This document shows positions 19,913-27,827 of a DNA stretch of 64,000 bases, in pieces. Made by a program: the position numbers and the translations under genes. The notes under the pieces are model-generated. The model ran no database searches, was not told where the DNA came from, and worked only from the letters and a program-made list of their open reading frames with translations. The first letter of the stretch is position 1. Every line of letters starts with the position of its first letter. Source of the stretch: a virus. Location: the IMG/VR virus record IMGVR_UViG_3300025096_002712, positions 1 through 64,000 of that record; one strand, given 5' to 3'.

Positions 19913-20935
19913 ATGGGATATTTAAATAATTCAAGCCGAACATTAGACGCTATTTTGACAAAGAAAGGTCGAGAGATTTTGTCAACTGGTGGAGATTTTA
20001 ATGTTGCTAAATTTGCACTTGGGGATGACGAAATTGACTATGGATTGTGGGACACAACTCATACAAAAGGAACGGATTTCTATGGTGCAGTAATTGATAA
20101 CTTACCAACCCTTGAACCCTTCAACGATCCTTCAGAGATTATGAAATATAAACTCGTATCGAGGTCAGACGGAGTTCAGGCAATGGCTAAACTAATAGAA
20201 TTACAAGATTCTGTTAGACAATTAAAAAGTCTAAAGTGGTATGCATTAGATGAAGCTGGAGCTGGTGGAACAAGAGTTCAGGTTGGAAACACTAATACTT
20301 TTCTTGGTGTACCTGTTCAATTTGGTGTAGGTCATGTAGATAATCATGAACTTACAGTTGATTATAGTGGAGGACCAGACTCTATTTATTCTAATGGATA
20401 TGCAGGAGAAAGATTTACCTTAACATTATTAGATACAACTCAAGTAGTATTGGCACCACTTTGGGTGGATCCAGCACAGGTAGCTAGCCAACAGATACAA
20501 GAAATACTTGGAGCTCAGGGACCAGGAGCATTTGGTAAAGGTAAAGGAAAAGGTGCACCTAATGCTAATACTTCATCTGAAAGTCAGTATCTAAACATTC
20601 CAGTACCTAATAATGGTACTACTGGTTTATGGTATCCATTTGTACATTCAGTTCAACACCTTTCACAGACTATATCAGACTGTGTGGTGTCTAACGGAAC
20701 TTTTGCACATGCAAATGCACAATTTGCACCAACACAAAGTGGAAGAATTGCTTTATATCCAAAACGACTTACTTCTAATTCAAGTCCAGCAAAAACAACT
20801 TTAGTTGTTACGGGACAGACTTCAGGAGCAGTTAAGGAATTTGATGTTAAGATAACATTTAGATCTACATCATATACACCTTCGTTAGATATAGATGCAG
20901 GAACGGATACTTCACTTGATACATTTACAGGTTAA
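19913..20935 (+). CDS. Baseplate/tail-collar paralog A1
   Basis: N-terminal MGYLNN..DAILTKKGRE...KFALGDDEIDYGLW is shared by four tandem genes. C-terminal VTGQTSGA motif and an internal GKGKGKG. Confidence 0.65.
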   Translation: MGYLNNSSRTLDAILTKKGREILSTGGDFNVAKFALGDDEIDYGLWDTTHTKGTDFYGAVIDNLPTLEPFNDPSEIMKYKLVSRSDGVQAMAKLIELQDSVRQLKSLKWYALDEAGAGGTRVQVGNTNTFLGVPVQFGVGHVDNHELTVDYSGGPDSIYSNGYAGERFTLTLLDTTQVVLAPLWVDPAQVASQQIQEILGAQGPGAFGKGKGKGAPNANTSSESQYLNIPVPNNGTTGLWYPFVHSVQHLSQTISDCVVSNGTFAHANAQFAPTQSGRIALYPKRLTSNSSPAKTTLVVTGQTSGAVKEFDVKITFRSTSYTPSLDIDAGTDTSLDTFTG

Positions 20936-20967
20936 GAAATAATAATAGTTTTTATTAAGGGAATATA

Positions 20968-21687
20968 ATGGGATTTATAAATAATACTTCATATATCCTA
21001 AACGCAGTACTAACTAAAAAAGGTAAAGAATATCTTTCTAAAAGTAGTGGTAATTTTGCAATTACAAAATTCGCACTATCAGATGATGAGATAGATTACG
21101 CGTTATGGAATACGGCACATCCGAAGGGTAGTAATTATTATGGTGCAGTTTTAGAATCTACACCAATGTTAGAACCTTGTGTGGATCCTGAAGTTGTGAT
21201 GAAATATAAATTGTTTACAATGCCTGTGGGTACTAAAACATTACCATACATAACAGATATTACACAATTATTAAAAGTAACTGCAACTGATGGTACGGTA
21301 AATGATAGTAGGTTAAAATCTATTCAAACTGATGAAGGTAGTTGGACACTTACCGAGGCAACTATAAATCCAACAACGGTTGGAGCAGACCAATCTTTTC
21401 AGGATGAAAACTATAGTTTCTTGTGTTTAAATATGAATGTTGTTGATATGAGATTGGGAACTTTAGGTACAGGTGAAGTTTTTGATGATTTACCATTAGG
21501 TGGGGCTATTTATGGTGAAGAAAGTGGTAGATTGAGTACAAAATTAGTTGGGGAATCAATAACTATTAAGGCAAAACAGATGACATTTGATAGAGAAACT
21601 TCTATTATTATAACAGGACAAAAATCTGGAGCTATATATGTACTTAGGGTACAAGTAACATTTGATGACCAAAGGGCTAGTAATTAG
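20968..21687 (+). CDS. Baseplate/tail-collar paralog A2
   Basis: Same N-terminal motif; C-terminal ITGQKSGA motif. Confidence 0.65.
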   Translation: MGFINNTSYILNAVLTKKGKEYLSKSSGNFAITKFALSDDEIDYALWNTAHPKGSNYYGAVLESTPMLEPCVDPEVVMKYKLFTMPVGTKTLPYITDITQLLKVTATDGTVNDSRLKSIQTDEGSWTLTEATINPTTVGADQSFQDENYSFLCLNMNVVDMRLGTLGTGEVFDDLPLGGAIYGEESGRLSTKLVGESITIKAKQMTFDRETSIIITGQKSGAIYVLRVQVTFDDQRASN

Positions 21688-21689
21688 TT

Positions 21690-22178
21690 GTGGGATATAT
21701 AAATAAAACTTCATTGGCAGTGGACGCAATTCTTACTAAAAAAGGTATAGATTATTTAAGAACCGCAGTATTTGGTGAGAATCAAAATGGTGAGCATGTA
21801 ATTACAAAATTTGCATTAGCTGATGACGAAATAGATTATGGATTATGGGATGAAACTCCAAGTGGATCTAATTATGTGAGACCACTCGGTACGATAATTG
21901 ATAATCAACCAATCGTAGAACCAGTAATTACTGATAATGAAATTATGAGTTCTCTATTATTTAAAGAGGGTATAGTATTATCTACTCAACCAGAGGCACC
22001 GATAGTTTCTATTCCTCCAGTAGCAAATTTTAGTATGTTTTCGAGTGGCATACCACCTGTTTCGAAATTCAATATGAAAGCAAGAGATAGTTTAACACCG
22101 ATACCTTTAAAACCTACCCAATACAATAAATCTGGTATGAAGGGAAAAGGAAAAGGACCATTTAGTTTAAAAAATTAG
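21690..22178 (+). CDS. Baseplate/tail-collar paralog A3 (short, with two PPVxxF strands and a KGKGKG tail)
   Basis: GTG start, same N-terminal motif, then PPVANFSM, PPVSKFNM and GMKGKGKGP. Confidence 0.65.
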   Translation: MGYINKTSLAVDAILTKKGIDYLRTAVFGENQNGEHVITKFALADDEIDYGLWDETPSGSNYVRPLGTIIDNQPIVEPVITDNEIMSSLLFKEGIVLSTQPEAPIVSIPPVANFSMFSSGIPPVSKFNMKARDSLTPIPLKPTQYNKSGMKGKGKGPFSLKN

Positions 22179-22186
22179 GATAAAAA

Positions 22187-22744
22187 GTGGGATATATAGA
22201 TAAAACATCATTAACTGCAACAGCACATTTTACCAAGAAAGGTCGAGAACTTTTGGCAGATGCACTGGCAGGTTCAGTAGATGATTCTTATGTTATTACT
22301 AAGTTTGCATTAGGTGATGAGGAAATAGATTATGGACTTTGGGATGAGTCACAACCATCAAACTTACAGGGAAGAATTATTGAGAACATGCCTATACTTG
22401 AATCTTTTATAAGCCAAAAAGAAATTATGAATTCATATGTTATGGTAGAAACCCCAGAAATTACTAATGGATCTTCAATTTCTAATATCTTAGGTCAAAT
22501 ATCACTTGAGGGTGTAGGGGATACAATTGATTTAATACCATCAACTGAAAATTTAGATGAAACTGAAGAATATGAATTTTTTCTTGAAGAAGATAATGTT
22601 GTAGAGATGACAAATCCACACATACCACCAGTTTCAGATTTTAATATGAGCATTAGTATGTTACCACCACCATTGGCAGATTTTATTATGTCTATGGTAC
22701 CAGGATATCCACCTGTAGCTGGTTTTACTATGGAAGAAGCATAA
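22187..22744 (+). CDS. Baseplate/tail-collar paralog A4 (N-terminal part, ending in three PPxAxF strands)
   Basis: GTG start, same N-terminal motif, ending PPVSDFNM, PPLADFIM, PPVAGFTM. Confidence 0.65.
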   Translation: MGYIDKTSLTATAHFTKKGRELLADALAGSVDDSYVITKFALGDEEIDYGLWDESQPSNLQGRIIENMPILESFISQKEIMNSYVMVETPEITNGSSISNILGQISLEGVGDTIDLIPSTENLDETEEYEFFLEEDNVVEMTNPHIPPVSDFNMSISMLPPPLADFIMSMVPGYPPVAGFTMEEA

Positions 22745-22756
22745 AGGAGATAAAAT

Positions 22757-23209
22757 ATGGCAATTTCAGGAATAGTCCCATTAACAGTAGATTTTACTAA
22801 TACATCTATGGGAGAAAATTTATCGTATTCATGGGATTTCGGTGATGGACAAACTTCTATGGAAGCAAGCCCATCACACACTTATGAAGTAGTAGGAGAC
22901 TATACGGTAACTTTAACTACTACAAATAATTACGGAACGGATACTAAGTTAGATTATATTTCGGTTAGTCTTGGAGTAAGTTTACCACCTGAAGGTCCAG
23001 GAGAACCACCAGGAGGTAAAGGTAAAGGTAAGGGTAGCCCACCCGGCCCACCAGCAGGAATATATCAATATGGGGCCGCTGGAGGACCACCAGGAGGTAA
23101 CGGTAAAGGTAAAGGTGCACCACCAGGAGGTAACGGACAAGGACAAACAGGACCACCAGCAGGAATATATCAATATGGGGCCGCTGGACAACCACCAGAT
23201 GAAAAGTAG
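22757..23209 (+). CDS. PKD-domain protein with a Gly/Pro/Lys-rich repeat tail
   Basis: PKD signature 'PLTVDF...YSWDFGDG...PSHTY...GDYTVTLT', its own AAGGAGA SD, and a tail with GKGKGKG and GPPAGIYQYGAAG x2. Confidence 0.85.
   Translation: MAISGIVPLTVDFTNTSMGENLSYSWDFGDGQTSMEASPSHTYEVVGDYTVTLTTTNNYGTDTKLDYISVSLGVSLPPEGPGEPPGGKGKGKGSPPGPPAGIYQYGAAGGPPGGNGKGKGAPPGGNGQGQTGPPAGIYQYGAAGQPPDEK
23048..23188 (+). repeat. Exact 36-bp direct repeat (23048-23083 and 23153-23188) within the PKD tail
   Basis: CCACCAGCAGGAATATATCAATATGGGGCCGCTGGA occurs twice, 105 bp apart; CCACCAGGAGGTAA occurs three times nearby. Confidence 0.9.
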
Positions 23210-23229
23210 AAGAGTAAAGGAGGCTTGTA

Positions 23230-23664
23230 ATAGATACACCATTTGCAAATTTTGAGGTCAGAATACCTTATGTAAATAATGGTTCTTATAATGTAGCAAA
23301 AAAGAATAAATTGTTTCACAGTAATAAAATTGAAATTAGAAAATCTTCATTACAGGGATATGGAGTTTTTTGTACAAAAAATATTAAAGAGGGAGAATTG
23401 TTAGAGGAATGTCATTATTTAGAAGTTTCGGATGATGAAAAACTCGCCAGGTATTATTACAACTGGCCAAGGGGAGAAAAGTTTAAAAAATATACAATTC
23501 CACTTGGATTTGGGTGTATATATAATGGAACATCTTCTTCTGGAAAAGAAGCAAATGTGGATTGGAAAACAGATGTAGATAATGATATTTTTATATTTAT
23601 AGCAATTAAAGATATAAAAAAAGGAAGTGAATTATTATTAGATTATGATTATGGGGAATATTAG
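23230..23664 (+). CDS. SET-domain protein (putative lysine methyltransferase) 1; probable non-canonical ATA start at 23230 (track start is TTG 23311)
   Basis: SET motifs 'SSLQGYGVFCTKNIKEGELLEEC', 'GFGCIYN' and 'AIKDIKKGSELLLDY'. The frame is open upstream to TAA 23215, and AAGGAGG at 23217-23223 lies 6 nt before ATA 23230. Confidence 0.8.
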   Translation: MDTPFANFEVRIPYVNNGSYNVAKKNKLFHSNKIEIRKSSLQGYGVFCTKNIKEGELLEECHYLEVSDDEKLARYYYNWPRGEKFKKYTIPLGFGCIYNGTSSSGKEANVDWKTDVDNDIFIFIAIKDIKKGSELLLDYDYGEY

Positions 23665-23669
23665 ATAAT

Positions 23670-24005
23670 ATGTTAAGTGTAAATCAAACACCAAAAGATG
23701 GAGTAGGACAAGAAAAAACCTTGTATGGTCATGCTGTCAGATTAAGGGCTAAAAATTTGACCACTACGAGAACGACTACTTTAAAAGTAACGGGTATGTC
23801 AAGTGGGGCTGTATTTTATGTTGATATTGTTGTTACACCAAAAGGTACAGGAGAAAAGGCAGTTTTTGGAAAACCTATATCGGCACCCATAGGATTAATA
23901 TCTAATAAAAAAGGTAGAAGAAAAACACCTGCAAGTCAAAAATCTAAAGGAATTGTAAAAGGTGGAACTTTAAGTGGTACAACAACACTTAAAAGTTCAA
24001 AATAA
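23670..24005 (+). CDS. Stand-alone C-terminal domain of the paralog-A family with a basic tail
   Basis: 'LRAKNLTTTRTTTLKVTGMSSGAVFYVDIVVT' aligns with the C-termini of A1 (TTLVVTGQTSGAV) and A2 (IKAKQMTFDRETSIIITGQKSGAI). Confidence 0.65.
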   Translation: MLSVNQTPKDGVGQEKTLYGHAVRLRAKNLTTTRTTTLKVTGMSSGAVFYVDIVVTPKGTGEKAVFGKPISAPIGLISNKKGRRKTPASQKSKGIVKGGTLSGTTTLKSSK

Positions 24006-24054
24006 AAATTAAAATTTTAAAACAACATATTTATATGTAATAAGGAGATAAACA

Positions 24055-25158
24055 ATGGCAGAAGTAAGTAATTTTTTCACACCCATAGAGGATACGGATA
24101 AGAGGACTAATATAATTAGTACCGTTTCGTCGCCTGTATGGTCTGGTGGAACAGCAACATTAACTTCTTTCTATACAGGCTCTACGCAGAGTGCTAGTAG
24201 TGGTGATTATTACTATGACATATACGATAAAGCAGGAAGTGATACTACAAGGGCTGTACAATTTGCAGTTTCGTATGGACACGTTCATGGTAGTGGTTCA
24301 AAATCCACTTCTGCTGGTAATAATCCATCTAAGGCAATATATCGTCAGTTCAGAAACATTTGTATTAAAAACGCTCATAGTGGTGTTAGATTTAATTTTA
24401 ATGCGGACGGAGCTGGTACATCTTATGACGGAAAAGATATATTCGCAATTAGTGTAAACAGAGCACGGTACAGAGAGAAGTTGGATCCAGGAAACTGGGA
24501 ACTACATTTAAGTGGAAGTAGAGCACAAGGTCGTGGCGAATCCGTATTAAAACTCATTGATGATAGTGGTGCAACCGCAGATTCTACAATTAAAGCATCA
24601 CAAAGGAGATTTAATGTAGTTACTGGTTCAATTTCAGATGGAACTTCAAGAATAAAGACAACGGCTGTAAATCAATCAGCAGGTGGTAGTGGTTCATTTG
24701 GATATGTATATCCAGAACTTGGTATTATTGTATTAAATGCAGAAGCAATAGCTTCTCATTCTATCGGATATCATAACTCTGGTTCAGTCGCAGTTAAAAC
24801 AAATGCACTCAATCTTGTTAGGTCAAGTGGTACAAATAATGACAACGCTAAACAATTGGTAGATTGTATCAATAGTGGTTCATACTTTCAAGCAAGAAGG
24901 GAAGAACAAATTAAATCATCTCATTATTTTTGTAGAGTTAAGTCTGGAGAATATAACTATAGTCAAAACCCGACTTATTTTACGGGGTCTAATGCTGAAT
25001 TGAAAAATTCGAGTTTCGTTCAAGATCCAAAATCGTATATAACTACGGTTGGATTGTACAATGATAACAATGAATTGTTAGCTGTGGCTAAATTGAGTCA
25101 ACCGCTGTTAAAATCAAAAGACAGAGAAGCAGTAATCAAAGTACGATTAGACTTTTAG
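24055..25158 (+). CDS. Baseplate/tail-collar paralog B1
   Basis: 'RYREKLDPGNWELHL' and C-terminal 'YITTVGLYNDNNELLAVAKLSQPL..IKVRLDF', shared by three tandem genes. Confidence 0.65.
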   Translation: MAEVSNFFTPIEDTDKRTNIISTVSSPVWSGGTATLTSFYTGSTQSASSGDYYYDIYDKAGSDTTRAVQFAVSYGHVHGSGSKSTSAGNNPSKAIYRQFRNICIKNAHSGVRFNFNADGAGTSYDGKDIFAISVNRARYREKLDPGNWELHLSGSRAQGRGESVLKLIDDSGATADSTIKASQRRFNVVTGSISDGTSRIKTTAVNQSAGGSGSFGYVYPELGIIVLNAEAIASHSIGYHNSGSVAVKTNALNLVRSSGTNNDNAKQLVDCINSGSYFQARREEQIKSSHYFCRVKSGEYNYSQNPTYFTGSNAELKNSSFVQDPKSYITTVGLYNDNNELLAVAKLSQPLLKSKDREAVIKVRLDF

Positions 25159-25174
25159 GAAAAGGAGATTCTAA

Positions 25175-26230
25175 ATGGCTTTTAAATCTTTTAATCCCGA
25201 AGATAGAGCAGAAAATATAGTCAATAAGGTAGCCGAAAGGATGTGGTCGGATAATACCGCAACTTTGACTACTTTCTATACTGGATCTACACAGAATTCC
25301 AATACTGGCAAGTATTATTTAGATGTTCATAAATCTAGCGACGAAAGTACGGATGTACAATTCGCTATATCTTATGGTCATTACGCTGGTTCTGGTTCTG
25401 AAGGTTCGACTACATCAGGAACTACTAATCCTACTAAGGCAATTTATTCACAACTGAAACAAGTTTTATTGCCACCACAAACTACTAAGTTTAATTTTCA
25501 TGGAAATTCAGGAGCAAATTACTATAGCGATGATGTTTTTGCCATTGTTAGTAACAGAGCTCGTTATAGAGAAAAAATGGATCCTGGTAACTGGGAATTA
25601 CATTTAGTAAGTGGTAGTACGACAGTAAAACTTATTGACGATAGTGGGGCAAGTCGTGACCAAAGACTTAAAGCTGCTAATAGAGAGTTTAATATAGTTA
25701 GTGGTTCAATTGCAAACGATGAGTATAGGATAAATACTACAGCATCTGCATCTGCAGCTGCAACTAATTCTGGTTCGTATGGTTTATTCTATCCAGAATC
25801 GGGTATTATTTTATTAAATCCAAATGCATTATCAAATACTCGTATGAATATAGGTAGGGCCTCTGGTTCATATGTCATTCCACAACTTGTAAAAAGTACT
25901 TCTACTAACAATTATGAACATAGAAAACTATTGGAGTCTATACAATCGGGTAGTTATTTTTCAGCACGTAGGGAAGAAGTGAGAAGAAGTTCGTTTTATT
26001 TTTGTAGAGTTGAAAATTCTGAATTTAATCATAGTCAAAATCCATCATTTTTTACAGGATCAAACGCACAATTACTTCATAATTCTTTTATTGCTGAACC
26101 AACAACTTACATAACATCTGTTGGACTTTATAATAATCAAAATGAATTATTAGCAGTGGCCAAGATGTCTAAACCATTTAAGAAGGATCCGAATACCGAA
26201 GCCTTGATCAAAGTAAGACTTGATTATTAA
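25175..26230 (+). CDS. Baseplate/tail-collar paralog B2
   Basis: Close paralog of B1 along its full length (RYREKMDPGNWELHL; YITSVGLYNNQNELLAVAK). Confidence 0.65.
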   Translation: MAFKSFNPEDRAENIVNKVAERMWSDNTATLTTFYTGSTQNSNTGKYYLDVHKSSDESTDVQFAISYGHYAGSGSEGSTTSGTTNPTKAIYSQLKQVLLPPQTTKFNFHGNSGANYYSDDVFAIVSNRARYREKMDPGNWELHLVSGSTTVKLIDDSGASRDQRLKAANREFNIVSGSIANDEYRINTTASASAAATNSGSYGLFYPESGIILLNPNALSNTRMNIGRASGSYVIPQLVKSTSTNNYEHRKLLESIQSGSYFSARREEVRRSSFYFCRVENSEFNHSQNPSFFTGSNAQLLHNSFIAEPTTYITSVGLYNNQNELLAVAKMSKPFKKDPNTEALIKVRLDY

Positions 26231-26241
26231 AGGAGATTCCA

Positions 26242-27369
26242 ATGTTTAAGGATATATCTTCTGATGATAGGTCAATACAAAATTTCAAAACTTATAAACA
26301 ATTCACCTTTACACATTCAGATAGTGGAAGTGGGGTTTTTGGACTTGAAGGAATAAGTGGAAGTTTTCATAATTTCTTAACTGGTTCCGCAGAATCTCAG
26401 AGTTATGGTGTATTTAATGCAGAATCAAAAAGTTTTGGTAAAGATTGGGATACTTGGTATAGTTGTGGAACTTTTCATAAGATACCCCTGTATTACACTA
26501 TAGCTAATTTATATTATAAATACGATAAGATTCCTAATCCTAAATCTACTACTACTAAAATGCCAGTATATACTGCCACTCCTTGGAGTAGAAAAGATCC
26601 ACACGGTAGGAGAGATTGGGGATCAATAATTCCACGACAATTACATAGTTCGGTAAATGTTATAACAATTCCACAAAAATATTTTGGAGAAGAAATTAAA
26701 CCTGGTTCTATTAAACTACTTGACGATAGTGGTGGAACAACATTAGATTTGAGAGACGATGGTCATGGACAACTTTATGATTATCAATATTCAGAAAGTT
26801 TTGCAGCAGGAACTCCAGGTGGTAGTACCAATTCTTACACAGGAAGTGTTGTTGGTAATGTATTTTATGAACATGGTTTAATAACTATTACCGATACTGG
26901 TTCATTATATAGGTCGGCAAGTTTAAAATTGGGATCAGATGGATTTTCCGTGAGATTTAAAGCTACAAAAACATCTACTGAGTATCAGTATTTATGTAAT
27001 ATAAGTAAATATGAATTTAATAGTAGTACAAACCCAAGTTTGGTTAGGGGTAGAAGTGGTAGTATATATGTTCCACATGATGCAAAATATATTTATGATG
27101 GTGATATACAAAAAGGAACTTTATACCCACCACTTTATGCAAAAACTATAGATTTGGTATTACAGGCAGCAAGTAGTTCTTATGATGTAACATATAATCC
27201 AGGAACATTATATGAAAACTTCACCACACATTCAGAATTTGGGACATATATTACAAATGTTGGTTTATATAATGATTCAAATGAGTTATTGGCTATTGCA
27301 AAATTATCAAATCCTATAAAAAATGAAAAAGATTTACCACTTTCATTTTTAGTACGATTTGACTCATAA
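26242..27369 (+). CDS. Baseplate/tail-collar paralog B3
   Basis: 'FGEEIKPGSIKL' and C-terminal 'YITNVGLYNDSNELLAIAKLSNPIK...VRFDS'. Confidence 0.6.
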   Translation: MFKDISSDDRSIQNFKTYKQFTFTHSDSGSGVFGLEGISGSFHNFLTGSAESQSYGVFNAESKSFGKDWDTWYSCGTFHKIPLYYTIANLYYKYDKIPNPKSTTTKMPVYTATPWSRKDPHGRRDWGSIIPRQLHSSVNVITIPQKYFGEEIKPGSIKLLDDSGGTTLDLRDDGHGQLYDYQYSESFAAGTPGGSTNSYTGSVVGNVFYEHGLITITDTGSLYRSASLKLGSDGFSVRFKATKTSTEYQYLCNISKYEFNSSTNPSLVRGRSGSIYVPHDAKYIYDGDIQKGTLYPPLYAKTIDLVLQAASSSYDVTYNPGTLYENFTTHSEFGTYITNVGLYNDSNELLAIAKLSNPIKNEKDLPLSFLVRFDS

Positions 27370-27431
27370 TTCTGCTATATATATTATATTTATATAAGAA
27401 CAAACAATAATATAATATAAGGAGAATACTC

Positions 27432-27779
27432 GTGGACAACCAGGCACAAGGTCTTGTCGAGGGATTGATAGGACAATATGGTTGGTTATTTCTTGTGGGT
27501 GTAATCACACTCATTTTTCAAAATACCATAAGAGAAGCCGTAGACGGCATAATGGTTTTTTTAGGTAACGATTACAACGAAGATGATGTCGTTGAAGTAG
27601 ATGGTTCGCCAGGCCGTATCGTAAGAGTCGGTATATGGAAAACTGTATTCTTTATCTATCATGTATTAGATGGTAGAGTCGTAGGTGGTTCTAAATTAGT
27701 CGTGGCAAATTCTAAGTTAAAAGACTTAAAAATAGAGAAACCATTGGCAAATCTTGATCTATCCAAATACGGAAAATAA
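27432..27779 (+). CDS. Small membrane protein resembling the TM3/Sm-like portion of MscS channels
   Basis: TM helix followed by 'YNEDDVVEVDGSPGRIVRVGIWKTVF', similar to the MscS 'f.vGD.I.i.g..G.V..Ig.r.T' pattern. Confidence 0.5.
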   Translation: MDNQAQGLVEGLIGQYGWLFLVGVITLIFQNTIREAVDGIMVFLGNDYNEDDVVEVDGSPGRIVRVGIWKTVFFIYHVLDGRVVGGSKLVVANSKLKDLKIEKPLANLDLSKYGK

Positions 27780-27827
27780 GTAATTTAGATATTTATAATT
27801 GTAGAGCAACGCTAACTGGAGATAAAA

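Noticed and set aside
22744-22757. A4/PKD boundary as a simple sequencing frameshift
   Set aside because: A clean TAA is followed by a well-spaced AAGGAGA SD and ATG, which argues for a genuine separate gene, although read-level confirmation is still desirable.
22980-23200. 36-bp direct repeats as a mini CRISPR array
   Set aside because: Only two copies, in-frame coding of a Gly/Pro peptide, a spacer that is itself repetitive, and no cas genes.
2650-27369. Bacterial contractile injection system (eCIS/T6SS/tailocin) rather than phage
   Set aside because: The window also has a phage-type primase, resolvase and gp46/47-like fusion, and no host housekeeping genes.
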